DNA of 63,780 bases, filler included, from Octopus bimaculoides (taxonomy: Eukaryota), in NCBI RefSeq assembly GCF_001194135.2. It is 6 parts of 5 records of this genome, joined end to end, with 100 filler letters (N's around TTAATTAATTAA, not from the genome) between each part and the next. Parts side by side here need not be neighbours in the genome. Positions count along the whole stretch, not along the records: positions 34,321 to 45,933 come from NC_068985.1; positions 46,034 to 58,274 come from NC_068983.1; 4 more parts are not named here. One strand, written 5' to 3'. The notes beneath the pieces are model-generated. The model was not told the DNA's origin, made no database searches, and saw nothing but the letters and a program-made list of their open reading frames with translations. The first letter of the stretch is position 1. Each line of letters starts with the position of its first letter. Shown here piece after piece: positions 40,540-54,381 of this stretch. The translations under genes were made by a program, and so were the position numbers.

Positions 40540-40655
40540 TATTGTAGATACAGGGCCGGAAATTTGAGGGGAGGTGAATAGTCGATTACATCGACCCCGT
40601 GGTCGACTAGTCATTATTTTAAAGATCATGATAGGATATAAAGCAAAGTCGACGT
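40540..40655 (-). mobile_element. SINE family A 3' fragment
   Basis: tagtcgattacatcgacccc...aagcaaagtcgac. Confidence 0.65.
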
Positions 40656-40686
40656 GTATATATGTAGAAACATGGATGTGTATACA

Positions 40687-40790
40687 TAGTGAAATTAATA
40701 GAAATGAAACTATTAAAAGTGAAACTAATAAAAATGAAACTATTAAAAGTGAAACTATTGAAAGTAAAATCATATAATAATGAGACTATT
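40687..40790. repeat. 15-bp minisatellite alternating AAATGAAACTATTAA / AAGTGAAACTA(A/T)TAA
   Basis: About 5-6 tandem units at 15-bp period are visible. Confidence 0.8.
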
Positions 40791-40799
40791 ATATCACAT

Positions 40800-41038
40800 T
40801 ACAATAGCGATGTTATTGTTTCACTTTTGACACGTAATGCCGAAACAGTCTAAGAGATTTTCCAGGCTCGTATTAGGCAAGAAGCTGAACATTTTTTATG
40901 CCCATGACACTCCATGGACCCTAAGTAAGGCATGTGTATAATTTGAATGAAATCGGTTGGGTATTTCTCGAGTTTTAGTGATGCACATATACACACACGA
41001 ATACACACAGATAAGAGACAGACAGACACACATCCTCA

Positions 41039-41080
<42 letters not shown>
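40800..41080 (+). mobile_element. Possible non-autonomous Helitron/Helentron-associated element (HINE/Lep1-like)
   Basis: aatttgaatgaaatcggttgggtatttctcgagtt...(acag/acac)n...cagttttatatatata resembles the 3' layout of DINE-1/Lep1-type elements. Confidence 0.35.
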
Positions 41081-41084
41081 CAGC

Positions 41085-41230
41085 GTGTAAGATATTTGGC
41101 TTTCGAAATGCGGAGTAGATGGAACAGGGACAACTGACGAAGGAGTATACTCTTTATGTTGCATGTCTCGTTTCTCTGTTTGTTTGTTTTTTCGTTGTTC
41201 CCAAAAATTTTGTTTTCTGTTTTCGCTTAT
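41085..41230 (+). mobile_element. PLE-terminus-like repeat with hammerhead relic (family shared with 12545-12680)
   Basis: GGACAA-CTGACGA-AGGAG(TATA)CTCTT-tatgttgcaTGTC followed by a T-rich tail. Confidence 0.55.
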
Positions 41231-41405
41231 ATGTTTTCGTTTCTCATTATGTTTAACGTTTTTTTTATGTACTGTACCCATATATGCATGTATGTATACA
41301 TATAGATGTAGGTATATACATATATATACGGATATATGCATATATTTATATATTATTTATAGTAATATATATAATATACCTATTCAATATTAGAAACATA
41401 TTGAT

Positions 41406-41481
<76 letters not shown>

Positions 41482-41601
41482 CAGAAAGGGTATATAAAAT
41501 TTATGCAATATGTGTAAAATACCGATAACCGCGCGTCTGTGTATGCGCGCGCACGTAAAATATACAGTGTATATAAAAGTATAATATACACATCTGTCTG
41601 T

Positions 41602-41634
<33 letters not shown>

Positions 41635-41907
41635 TATCTGTGTGTGTGCGTGTGTGTGAGCATATTCTGTAATCTATTGTGTCAAAAATCATACCAATTA
41701 CGCGAATTACAGGGAATGACACATCGTTCAAGACGACAGATGAAGCTATTGATTTCTTACTAATATTCTTCGTACTTTGTGTTTACTAGTAAAATATTCC
41801 ACTTTGAACTTAGCCAAAAGACGAACGCCAATATTTCTTAATGTAATAGTGCAGGCCACCCGTCGATAAAATGGGTCACAACGATATATAAGCACATAAG
41901 CACTCAC

Positions 41908-42072
41908 CGATAAAATGATTGCATTTTTTATTTATAACAGTTTTTTGTTTATTTATTTGGCTTTTGCGATTTTGGGGGGGAGGGGTGTTTCGTTTTGAGG
42001 TTGGGGTTTGCTAGTCCCTGAATGATTGGCACTCTTGGTCAACATGGGTCCCATTGATTTACTGTCATGAAC
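41908..42072 (-). other. Candidate 165-nt exon defined only by splice signals
   Basis: Minus strand acceptor CCTTTTCTACTTTAG-G and donor TCG-GTGAGT. The longest frame reads VHDSKSMGPMLTKSANHSGTSKPQPQNETPLPPKIAKAK*, with no recognisable homology. Confidence 0.25.
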
Positions 42073-42934
42073 CTAAAGTAGAAAAGGATACCAATGACAT
42101 AACTGAGAATGTAAATTGTTTCATTATCGAATAATCTAAGCGCTTACTTTAAACTCTTTCGTCATTGGATATTTCGATTCTTTCAATACAACCATATATA
42201 CTGACAACAATAAATATCTTTGAAATAACGCCTCATACCAGCAACTTAATAATGCATGCGTTTTCTCTAAAACACGTTAGTTCTGAGTCCAAGCGGCGCC
42301 AGCTAATAGGTTCAACTGCTGGTGATGCGTGTGATTATTATTTTAACCCGTATATCTGAGAGGTATCCAACTCAATGACTTTTCATTTCATTATGTTTTA
42401 ATATAATCTCAGCATTGAATAATAAAAGTAATTAAATACGGAAATATCCTTAAATGAAGCTATTTATGTTCTCCATTATACTCTTGATAACCTTCCATAG
42501 TAAATCGATAAGAGCTATGTTTTCCGGTAATACCGAGCGGTCTAATGAAAGCTATAAAAATTAAATTAATATTATGATAAGATACTTGCAAAAATATTAC
42601 AATATTATTTACAAAACAATATAAAATTTACATGTAATTATCACTAGTAGAGAAATTCATTTATCATAATATTCATTTCAAAGCAACTAAAGCTAGTCTA
42701 GTGTTACAATCCGTTCTCATCTTTGTCTGCCAGTCAAGACCGTTTAACAAGCACCTCATCCTTCAACCCATTTTCATTTTACGTCAACCACCGATCATTC
42801 ACTCTCGACACATCGTATGATATCATTTACTTCCACACTATAAATTTATCATGACAGAGAACAAAAGAAAAAATTAAATCATCATAGCATGAGAAGGTGT
42901 AGGTGTATGTACTTAACAAAATTTATGATAATTT

Positions 42935-43085
42935 TTTCCACTATAAGCACAAGGCCTGAAATTTGGAGGGAAGGGAGATAGTCGATTACATCGATCCTAG
43001 TGCTCGACTGGTACTTATTTTATCGATCCCGAAGCATGAACTGCGAAGTCGACCTTGGCGGAAACTCAGAAAGCTCGCCGGCTTA
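42935..43085 (-). mobile_element. SINE family A, internally deleted
   Basis: gcacaaggcctgaaat...gtcgattacatcgatcctag...gtcgaccttggcggaa-actcagaa-agctcgccg. Confidence 0.75.
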
Positions 43086-43170
43086 ACTAAAATCGTACTG
43101 ATTTGTCGTTATTTCAAAAATATACAAGCGAATATAGAATTTTAAGATTTGATGCAAACTTATAAATGAT

Positions 43171-43785
43171 CTTTTCTTCTCTAGGCACAAGGCCCGAAAT
43201 TTTGGGAGAGGGGGCAAGTCGATTATATCGACCCTAGTATGCAACCGGTACTTAATTTATCGACCCGAAAGGATGAAAGGCAAAGTCGACCTCGGCGAAA
43301 TTTGAACTCAGAACGTAAAGACAGACGAAACACCGCTAAGCATTTTGCCCAGCGTGCTAACGTTTCTTATTTCTTTATTGCCCACAAGGGGTTAAACATA
43401 GAGGGGACAAACAAGGACAGACAAAGAGATTAAGTCGATTACATCGACCCCAGTACGTAACTGGTACTTAATTTATCGAACCCAAAAGGATGAAAAGCAA
43501 AGTCGACCTCGGCGGAATTTGAACTCAGAACGTAAAGACTGACGAAATACCTATTTCTTTACTGCCCACAAGGGGCTATACACAGAGGGGACAAACAAAG
43601 ACAGACATACGGATTAAGTCGAAATATATCGACCCCAGTGCGTAACTGGTAATTATTTAATCGACCCCGAAAGGATGAAAGGCAAAGTCGACCTCGGCGG
43701 GATTTGAACTCAGAACGTAACGGCAGACGAAATACCGCTAAGCATTTCGTCCAGCGTGCTAACGATTTTGCCAGCTCGCAGTCTT
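43171..43785 (-). mobile_element. SINE family A head-to-tail trimer
   Basis: Three cores, with junctions at about 43551 (AAAGAAATA-GGTATTTCG) and about 43364 (ATAAGAA-ACGTTAGCACG). The last unit has the alternative GGGCCTTGTGCCTAG tail. Confidence 0.92.
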
Positions 43786-44015
43786 AAGGCTTATAAATAA
43801 TAAGATTCTAATGTTTAAATATGAATATGGGAGAAAATAAACAGCAAGCCATAAGAAACGAAACGAAACGAAACGATATAGTAATGGGTACATTTTTTAC
43901 TCTCTTGATGTGTCGTAATTGATACAGTAAGTTTCGAAGTTGAGGCTAACTTTATACACGGTAATGTTAAAGTAAAACAAAAAAGTTTAAGGCTTTGTCG
44001 TTAAATGGCAGTCAT

Positions 44016-44458
44016 AGGCGGCGAGCTGGCAGAATCGTTAGCACGCTGGACGGATTGTTTAGCGGTATTTCGCCGGTCGCTATGTTCTGAGTTCAAATTC
44101 CACCGAGGTCGACTTAGCATTTTATCCTTTCGGGGTCGATAAATTAAGTACCAGTTACGCACAGGGGTCGATGTAATCGACTTAATCCATTTGTCTGTCC
44201 TTGTTTGTCCCCTCTATGTTTAACCCCTTGTGGGCAATAAAGAAATAAGAAACGTTAGCACGCTGGGCAAAATGCTTAGCGGTGTTTCGTCTGTCTTTAC
44301 GTTCTGAGTTCAAATTCCGCCGAGGTCGACTTTGCCTTTCATCCTTTCGGAGTCGATGAAATAAGTACCAGTTATGCACTGGAGTCGATATAATCGACTT
44401 GCCCCCTTCCCCAAAACATTTTCAAGGCCTTGTGCCTAGCCTAGAGTAGAAATAATTA
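44016..44458 (+). mobile_element. SINE family A head-to-tail dimer, inverted relative to the trimer
   Basis: Full head AGGCGGCGAGCTGGCAGAATCGTTAGCACG, junction ATAAGAA-ACGTTAGCACG at about 44250, and the alternative tail at the end. Confidence 0.92.
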
Positions 44459-44779
44459 TATGGCAGACAAACTGTTGTCAAAAAGAAGTAAAGAACGAAA
44501 TGGGAGTAAGAAAATGTATGTATCTATATATTTGTATATAAACGCATACACACACACATATGTGTGTGTGTATGCATACGTACATACACACACATATATG
44601 TACACATATATATATATATAAATACATATTTATATATCTATATTTATATACATACCTATGTATATCTACATACATACACACACACATATATGCTAACTAC
44701 TACTTCTTTCAAAACACGCGTACATATATGTATAAATGTATGTGCGCATGCGTGTGTGTGTGTGTGTGTGTGTGTATGC

Positions 44780-44810
<31 letters not shown>

Positions 44811-45011
44811 CTTACTCGGGATAAAAAGATCACTATTTGAGCTATGCCTGGAATAAGTTGTTGGACTTTGCTAGAATTATGCTTGGAATTTTGTGACAAA
44901 GAGAATAAGTAGGATATAGTTATGAATAATTCAATGAGAAAGTGTGAATCAAACTATTCGATTATCAAAACTAAAATAAACTACCATAAACAAAGCAACA
45001 AACATAAAAAA

Positions 45012-45049
<38 letters not shown>

Positions 45050-45116
45050 NNNNNNNNNNTATATATATATATATCATTATTATTATTATTATTATTGTAA
45101 TTATTATTATTATCAA

Positions 45117-45153
<37 letters not shown>

Positions 45154-46033
45154 CCTTCTCGAAGCAATGAAAAACCAATCGCTAGACTTATACCGTTAAC
45201 CGTCTCGAATAACGTTTACGTCTTCGAAAAATATATCAAAATGTGTATTGGAAAAAAAAAAATGAAAAGCAAAAAAAAAAATTTAAAAAAAAACAAATAA
45301 ACAAATGGAATCTTCTAGAATCACAATGACGACAAGTTATACATTCGATTGAGACAACCTGTCGCTTTGAATTTGATCAGAGATTCGAATATCGATTAAC
45401 GAATAACGAACTCCGCTCGAAAAAACAAAAAATAAAATCAATAAATTGCCTGGAAAAGAGATGTAAGGGCTGTTGTATGATTTAGTATTATTTAGTTTTA
45501 ATATTTGGTTGACACTAACACTTTTTGTGAGGGGGAAGAACGGTTCTTGCATTGTTATTATTATTATCATTATTATTATTACTATCATTATTATTATTAT
45601 TATTATCATTATTATATTGATTAAGTTGGGTAATTCTTTTTCAAGTATATTTTCATTTTTTTCATTTCATTTCTTTGCTATTTGTCGTTCTTGTTCTTGT
45701 TCTTCTTGTTCTTCGTCTTCTTACAAATGCTGATTTTTTATATGCGTGTTTTATTTATTTGTTATTACTGATGTTGTTATGTCTGGGGTTCCTTTAAATA
45801 ATTTCATATTATTTTCTGTTCTTTTATTATGATTTTGTTCCTATTGTCTTTATCTTATCTCGTTCCGTATAATTTGATTATTGATTCGTTATCTCTTTCT
45901 GTGTCTCCCTTTCTCATTCGCTATCATATATATNNNNNNNNNNNNNNNNNNNNNNNNNNNNNNNNNNNNNNNNNNNNTTAATTAATTAANNNNNNNNNNN
46001 NNNNNNNNNNNNNNNNNNNNNNNNNNNNNNNNN

Positions 46034-46096
<63 letters not shown>

Positions 46097-48107
46097 TGAG
46101 AGTGAGAGAGAGAGAGAGAGATTTTATGGCAAGGAAATGTATTGAGGCCATGCAATCATTATTAAGTTTTCTGCTAAAGTCAAGTAAGAGGGATTGATTC
46201 ATGCTTAGCTGATAAGGGAGATAATTAGGTCGACTATGAAAATATCTTAGAGAAATGAATAGCAAAAATTGATTTTCCATTCTCCACTTGATTTCTCGCC
46301 AATAACAGAAATGATGGTTAGATATATATTTGTATATATTTAATATACATTTGTATAATTTTATTTTGTTTTCCAATTTGTTCTTACATTTATTGATATT
46401 TATCTCTCAGGATAAGCTGTTGAAAAGAAAAGAAATCGACAACCATATGGCTCTTGAACTAGTATTTATGAATAATTCGGCACAAAATTACAAAAGGAAA
46501 GAAAAATGAAAGAAAAATTGTCAAAAGATAACAGAAAAAGGAAGAAAGAAAAAAAAGGAACAATGTGGCGCGAAGTAATAAAATACAAAATTATAAAATG
46601 TTTTAACATCATACTCGACAGATGTGAATACATATTCTCAGAACTTGTAACACATTCTTGGAACTAGTTGACATNNNNNNNNNNCACACACACACGCACG
46701 CGCACACGCACGCACGCGCACACACACGCACGCGCACACGCACGCACGCGTACACACACACACGCACGCGTACACACACGCACGCGCACACACACGCTGA
46801 TATATGTGTATATATGCATGTATATTCATCGATGTTAATGTATATATATATGCGTATATATATACATACATTCATACAGTATATATATATGTATCAAAAT
46901 AAAGAGTGATTAATAAAAGGTTAGTAATACAGATGAAATACTTATTAAACTCTCTGTAGATATACGCCAGGTTAAAATAAATCTCTTGTGATCGTTCTTG
47001 TAGTCTAGGTAATCCAAGTCAACGTCCATCTTCAGTCCAATTTGTAAATACGTTTTTCAAATACCCAATGGGAGGGTGCTGGCGATCTCTACTGTATTTT
47101 ATGAAAAATCGGGTAAGTGTATGCAAATATACACAAGGATACGAGGAAAAAGATTTATGGTACTAATCAATATTTTAAAGCTGAAATTTCAAAATCTATA
47201 TATTTGCCACAAATTCGTATAATCATTAACTACTAATAGTAATGGCTGAAATTTGTAATCAGGGATTAGAAATAAACTGTAACAAGTAAAGTAACAATAA
47301 GACTACGTCAACAGTACAATCTTAAATTATAGAACTATGGATAGAACCGGAGTTGTACCGCAAAGATATAATTTTAAAGGAAGATGTGTGATTAAAACAA
47401 GTTTAACTTTTTCACATTAGTGGAGAATAGTTTTATTTTGTGTGTTTATATGTATGATTTCGGTTTTGAGATATATAATATATTTTGAGATGTATAAGAT
47501 ATGTAAGCATAAGTAAAAAGGATGTAATGGAGTAAGGAAAGAAAAGGAGTCATGTTTCTTCGAGTTTTTGAATAAAAAATATTTTAATGTATATATATTT
47601 GAGTTTTGCAGCTAAAACGCTTTTCGTTTTTGTAGTATAGGAAAAAGTCATATTCAACTGAGCTGGACAGGTTTTGATGATAACAAACTTCAAAAGTTTG
47701 TGTAATTTTTCTCTATTTAAAATTATGTGTGGATTAATGAATATCATTGCCATGCCGCTTATGATATTTCCAAAAAATCGACATGCTTGTGTTTTTTTCG
47801 TTGCTTATGATCTAAAGTAATCGATTTTTGTTTTTATGAGCAAATTGCTTTCAATTCTCAGGGAATGTCATCCCATTGCTTTTTGTGGGATATTTGTAGC
47901 TTATATTTGTGTCGCTGCTCTTGTTTCTAGCAGTCCAAATCTAGTGCATTGATGAGGTGGACATGTCGATGATTTCTAATCTTGCTTTGGTCTACATGTC
48001 TGTTCAGAAGGGCAGACGCGTATATGTACAAGCGTGTAATGACACATACCAATATACTCATACATACATACATAATATATACATACATACATACATACAT
48101 ACATACA

Positions 48108-48300
48108 TACGAGATCTGATCAATAAGTATCTGGACTGTTACAATAGTAACAAAGCTAAAGTACGCAGAATGAAGCCACATGTCACAGATTGACCTTGAT
48201 ATCCGTTGTGCATCTGTACTTATCTTTAACGTTCTAGCACACTTCCGCTGTTTATAGCAGTGCTTGGAAGGAAAGTGTGTAGCACAATCAAAGGCGAAGT
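48108..48300 (+). mobile_element. mariner-like terminal fragment
   Basis: TA-CGAGATCTGATCAATAAGTATCTGGACT resembles mariner TIRs (TA-CGAGGG..TCAA.AAGT). No partner TIR was found. Confidence 0.4.
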
Positions 48301-50108
48301 GCTGTTGTTTACCATTAAGTCAGCCCTGACAGAATGGAGATATCACAAAAGGCAGATTGATATTTTTGTTTAGTCACAGATCAGCAACGATGAAGTAGAT
48401 CTTTGCTCAAACGATGGCTGTTGTTAACTCCAAGCTAGTGCTAACAGAAAAGGTTTCGGGTCTGCGATGTCCGAGACTTTATAAACGTACCTCAGACAAT
48501 AGCATCCTGTGTTTCCTTTCCTTATGAAGGCAAAGTATACTTGAGGGAGTTTCATTTGTCACTTCTAGCGCATGAATGAACCATGTCAATGTTTCCTCGT
48601 TGGTTTAACAAAACCACGTATTATCTCCATAAGGGTTATTCAGCTTGAAAAATATTTTACAGCAAGGCCAAAAATACATCCTTATATGGAATTCAATAAT
48701 CTTAATGCACCATGGATTAGAAAACTTAATTAATTTTATGTAGTATTATATAATATATTTTTTAAATCTGTGTATCTATGCATGTGTGTGTGTGTTCTTA
48801 TTTATTTATATTTAATGTTGCCCATTCACATTTATGTACTCTCACTCTATGTGAGAAATGTTCAGCATAGAATTAGCTGCAATTGATTGTACTCAGTCAA
48901 CTTTATAAAGCAAACCCTTAAAGTATTCCTTGACATTCTAAATTTAGTTATTTCTTTACCCAACAGTTCCCTCAGCAGGGGAATGGTAGGCATGGTGGGG
49001 TTTATAAAACCAAAATATAATCACTTTAGGAGTGATGGGGGATTCGGTGGAAAATAAGGATAATTTTAGTTGGAAGGAAAATATTGAAAATTATTTTCAT
49101 TTGATATTTTCCAAGTATTCTTTCTTTATTCCTTCCTTCTTTTCATCCTTTCTTTTTCTTTCTTCCTTTCTTTCTTTCTTTCTTTTCTGCTTCCTTTCTT
49201 CATCATTTTTCGCTTCCAACATTTCTATCTCACTGTCTTTTTTCCTCTTTCTCTGTTCCTACTGGTGGCGTTGCTTCTTCCCCTCTCTTCCCTCATCCCA
49301 TTCCTCCTCTTCCTTCGCCTGCTACTACAACTATTCTTGTTGATATGATAATTAATTCGTATCCTTGCGGTTGTTATTGTTACATCGGGGGAGATAATAA
49401 ATATAACACGGCAGAAACAACTGAAAACAAATAAATTCAGCAACGAGGCGAAGAGAAACACATACGCGCACACACATACAGATAAACACCCACACGCAAA
49501 CATATAATCTAAAACAGGAATATATACAAAAACCAAGCAAAAATGAAATAAACGCTCAGTAAAATGAACTGACGAAGAAAAACAAAACATTCTCAAACAA
49601 AAAAATACCCACTGCAGAGAGGTTGTTTTGGAATTTAGATATGGAACTTAAGCAAGTATATTCACTTTCATGCCACTACCATCAACAACACCATCACTCA
49701 CTCAATCTGTAATAGTTGCATTTCAATAAATATATAAAAAGTTAAAATTAAAAAAAAATGATATTTATATGGTGAGTGCGAGCAACTTTTTGAACTCAAT
49801 ATAACCTTTTTCTCACGCACACAAACACACACAACGCTCACACACATGTACACGCGCAGGTATATTGAGCAGAATTAAAACACACACACGATCATAAACA
49901 TACTTAAAGTCTAACATAATTTCCTAGGCTTAAAGTTTTTTAGATATTCACGCATCTATACAAAGGCATACATATAAGCACACACATGCACACCACACAC
50001 AGGCATATCTATGCGTATGTATATTATTGTATGTGCGTATGTATGTATATGCATGTTTGTGTACACACACAGACGCACGTACATATATGCACACATACAC
50101 ACACACAA

Positions 50109-50151
<43 letters not shown>

Positions 50152-50199
50152 CATATACATACACATATATACATATCTAACTGTATATATACGTACATA

Positions 50200-50232
<33 letters not shown>

Positions 50233-51932
50233 CTCTCTCACACACAAAGAAAGAAACATATGTTTGTGTATGTGTTCTTACACGTAGGCATATGCACACA
50301 TACAAACATTTTCCCCAAATCCGCTTTTCTTCTTTCATCTTAACTAGCACTACACATCCCACTATGAAATTTTGCTTTGTTCTCAGTTTAATCCTTTAAA
50401 AATACACTACTATTCGCACACCGACACACATATATTTATATACATGCATACACATGTAGTGCTTCTGTTCTGTTCTCAATTTAGCTCATTAAAGAACACA
50501 AATACACACTCAATTATAAATACGCACAAATTCATAATATTTCAGATATTGTTTGGATGTTAACCTTTTAAATCCAAGCACCGCATGTGCACACAGATTA
50601 CTCGCATGGTTACACGCAAACACATAACACATACATATACGCACACCTATATTGAAACCTCAGAATATATTCAGATGGACATTCACACTCCACTTTCATA
50701 TAGGCGTTACAAACCGAACAAACATACATATATATATACACACACTTTATCGTACACATAGACCTGCACCACTCAGTACGATTACACAGATACAACCCAA
50801 CACGCTGCACGAGTACACATATAAGCACCAACGATGTGCACACTTACACACAACTAGCATGCAGATATAAACATGTCACACAGCGTCAAAATATGATATT
50901 CATGGCCCAGAATATCTAAATAATTTTATGTTTGCCTTCCTAATTTAGTTGTGTTTATTGTTGCCTTTATATATAAAAGGCAAACTATGTGATATGTGAT
51001 ACACAACTGCGTCAGAACTAGGATTCTTACAAATGTATAAGCAGCATTTTGAGATGAGCCATTTAAGTAGAGTCAGTTCAATGTTTAATGGAAATTTAAG
51101 AGATCTGTTGGGTATGTATGAAAATTGCAGATATTGGAATATGTAGGGTGTAATGCATTCTATTTTTAACAAATGGGCCAATCTTGTTGGCTTTTTTCTC
51201 GTCTTTTAATGGCGTAGGCTGATGAGGACTAAGTCTGATGAGGCCTTTCGAGAGATGTAGCAAGAAGGGAAAGAAGGAAAGAGCTTGTCGCTGGTTGAGC
51301 ACCTCATCAAAGGACATGAGCGTTTACTTCTACAGCTTTCCACTTTTAATATCCACTAGTTTTTTTTCAGTTTTGATTGACTAGAAACTATAGCAGAAAG
51401 TACATACATATCTTAAATTGGATAAATGCATACCTAAAGGGAGATAAAGATATACATCTCTAAAGTGGAATCAAACACGAAGCCACAAGTTTATGAAGTA
51501 AATTTATTAACCACACTGGGCATATCTGTGCTCACACATACTTGTTGGCACCTAGGCATTCGTGTCTACGTTCAATTCGTGGGCATATATTGGTATTTGT
51601 AACTGTTTTTAAGTTTCATGTTGACGCTGATGATTTAAGACTTATGAACATACATGCAAGCCCTGATCCTCCCATTATTTAAATCTCAGGAACGGTGCCA
51701 TAAGGATTATGAAGACAATATGTACTGTCTTTTTAGATGTGTCTGTGCAAGATTTTGATGCAATTTTTAGACTCCTTTGTTGTCTTATATCTTTTTGAAA
51801 TAAGGCCACCTGGGAATCTAAACTAATTTCAGAGACTTTGCTCATCAGAAGCAGCTGATTATACTTACCGTCATTTCCCATAAAAATAGTTTAATTTGAT
51901 CTTCACATGATGGTCCCGTTTCTTTTCCAGAT

Positions 51933-51966
<34 letters not shown>

Positions 51967-52295
51967 CACATTNNNNNNNNNNGCTTGTATTTTTAGAAAC
52001 CGCGTGTGTGATGTATCGAATGAATGTCTGCTAATTATAGCAAATCCATCGACCATGCGTAAAATCTTTGCTGATTTGTAGCTGTGGGTGGTGCCATGTT
52101 GAATATACCTTTGTGTTGTCGTTGTTTCTATTGTAACATACGTCATTTTTTTTTCAAGTCAAGCTGAGATAAAAACTATGTTTAATATGACTACTAAATC
52201 TATTTTCCTTTCAGTTAGTCTATCTAGGAACGCATTTAAAGTGAGTAAAGTTTAGATTAGCAAGTGTTCCTAATAACATGAGTATCTAAGCTAAT

Positions 52296-52383
52296 GAAGC
52301 ATTCGCTTCTTGAAGCATTCGCTGCTTGAAGCATTCACTGCTTGAAGCATTCGATGCTTGAAGCATTCGCTGCTTGAAGCATT
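52296..52383. repeat. 16-bp minisatellite GAAGCATTCGCTGCTT x5.5
   Basis: Units start at 52296, 52312, 52328, 52344, 52360 and 52376 (partial). Each contains the inverted pair AAGCA/TGCTT. Confidence 0.95.
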
Positions 52384-52797
52384 GTAATATCTACGATTCA
52401 AAGCGTTAGCTTTCTATGCTAACTACTACTCCGCTTGCAGGAACAATTAGCACTGTTAATGTAATTCCCTATCCAGTGTAATTTTTATTGTCAATCTCCT
52501 TAAAATTACAGAGACTAGAGAAAATTGATCGTTCACTAAATTTCTGTTTTATGAAAGAAATGATGATAATTTAAATTAGTAGAAAGCCCTACCTTCTAGT
52601 AGAGTATCATTCAATGTATCTGAGCACATATTAAAACAGGATCCAGGTTAAGTGGTGGCGGTCTGTGTCGGCAAAAATTATGCAGTGAAGTTCGTGATAT
52701 GCATAAATTTCTATGCTTATCCGACATTACTTTCAATCTTGTGTTCTTCCGTCTATAAATGATAATAATAATAATAATAATGATAATAATAATAATG

Positions 52798-54043
<1,246 letters not shown>

Positions 54044-54334
54044 TAGCTCATTTGTGCTGAATAGTTATTTATGATGTCAATATTATTAGAAATGGTGATG
54101 ATGGGGAGGAGGAGGCGGATGAAGAGGAAGGAGAGCAAGAGATAGTAATTGATCATCCTCGTAAGTAATAACAGGGTGGCATAGTGATGTACTCTAAGTT
54201 GCTGTTAAGACGTATCTGGATTGTAAATCACTTGAGGATGATGATGAGTGAATAGATTTGAGTGATTAAAGATCTTTAGGTGATGTGATGGAGAATAAAG
54301 ACATATGAAATGCTATACTGCACGCCATATGTAA

Positions 54335-54381
<47 letters not shown>

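Noticed and set aside
43239-44379. Two ORFs with nearly identical peptides (RKDERQSRPRRNLNSERK...)
   Set aside because: They are antisense translations of the inverted SINE copies, not proteins.
51228-51265. Two CTGATGAG motifs in tandem (CTGATGAGGACTAAGTCTGATGAGGCC)
   Set aside because: The first has a stem II-like hairpin, but no GAAA or NUH follows and there is no stem I. It is at best a destroyed HHR.
51688-51760. ERCHKDYEDNMYCLFRCVC, faintly like Polinton-associated DNLCLFRC motifs
   Set aside because: It is too short, with no other Polinton features nearby.
52296-52383. Possible CRISPR-like or heat-shock-element array
   Set aside because: There are no unique spacers and the context is eukaryotic. 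GAA-3nt-TTC spacing does not fit nGAAnnTTCn.
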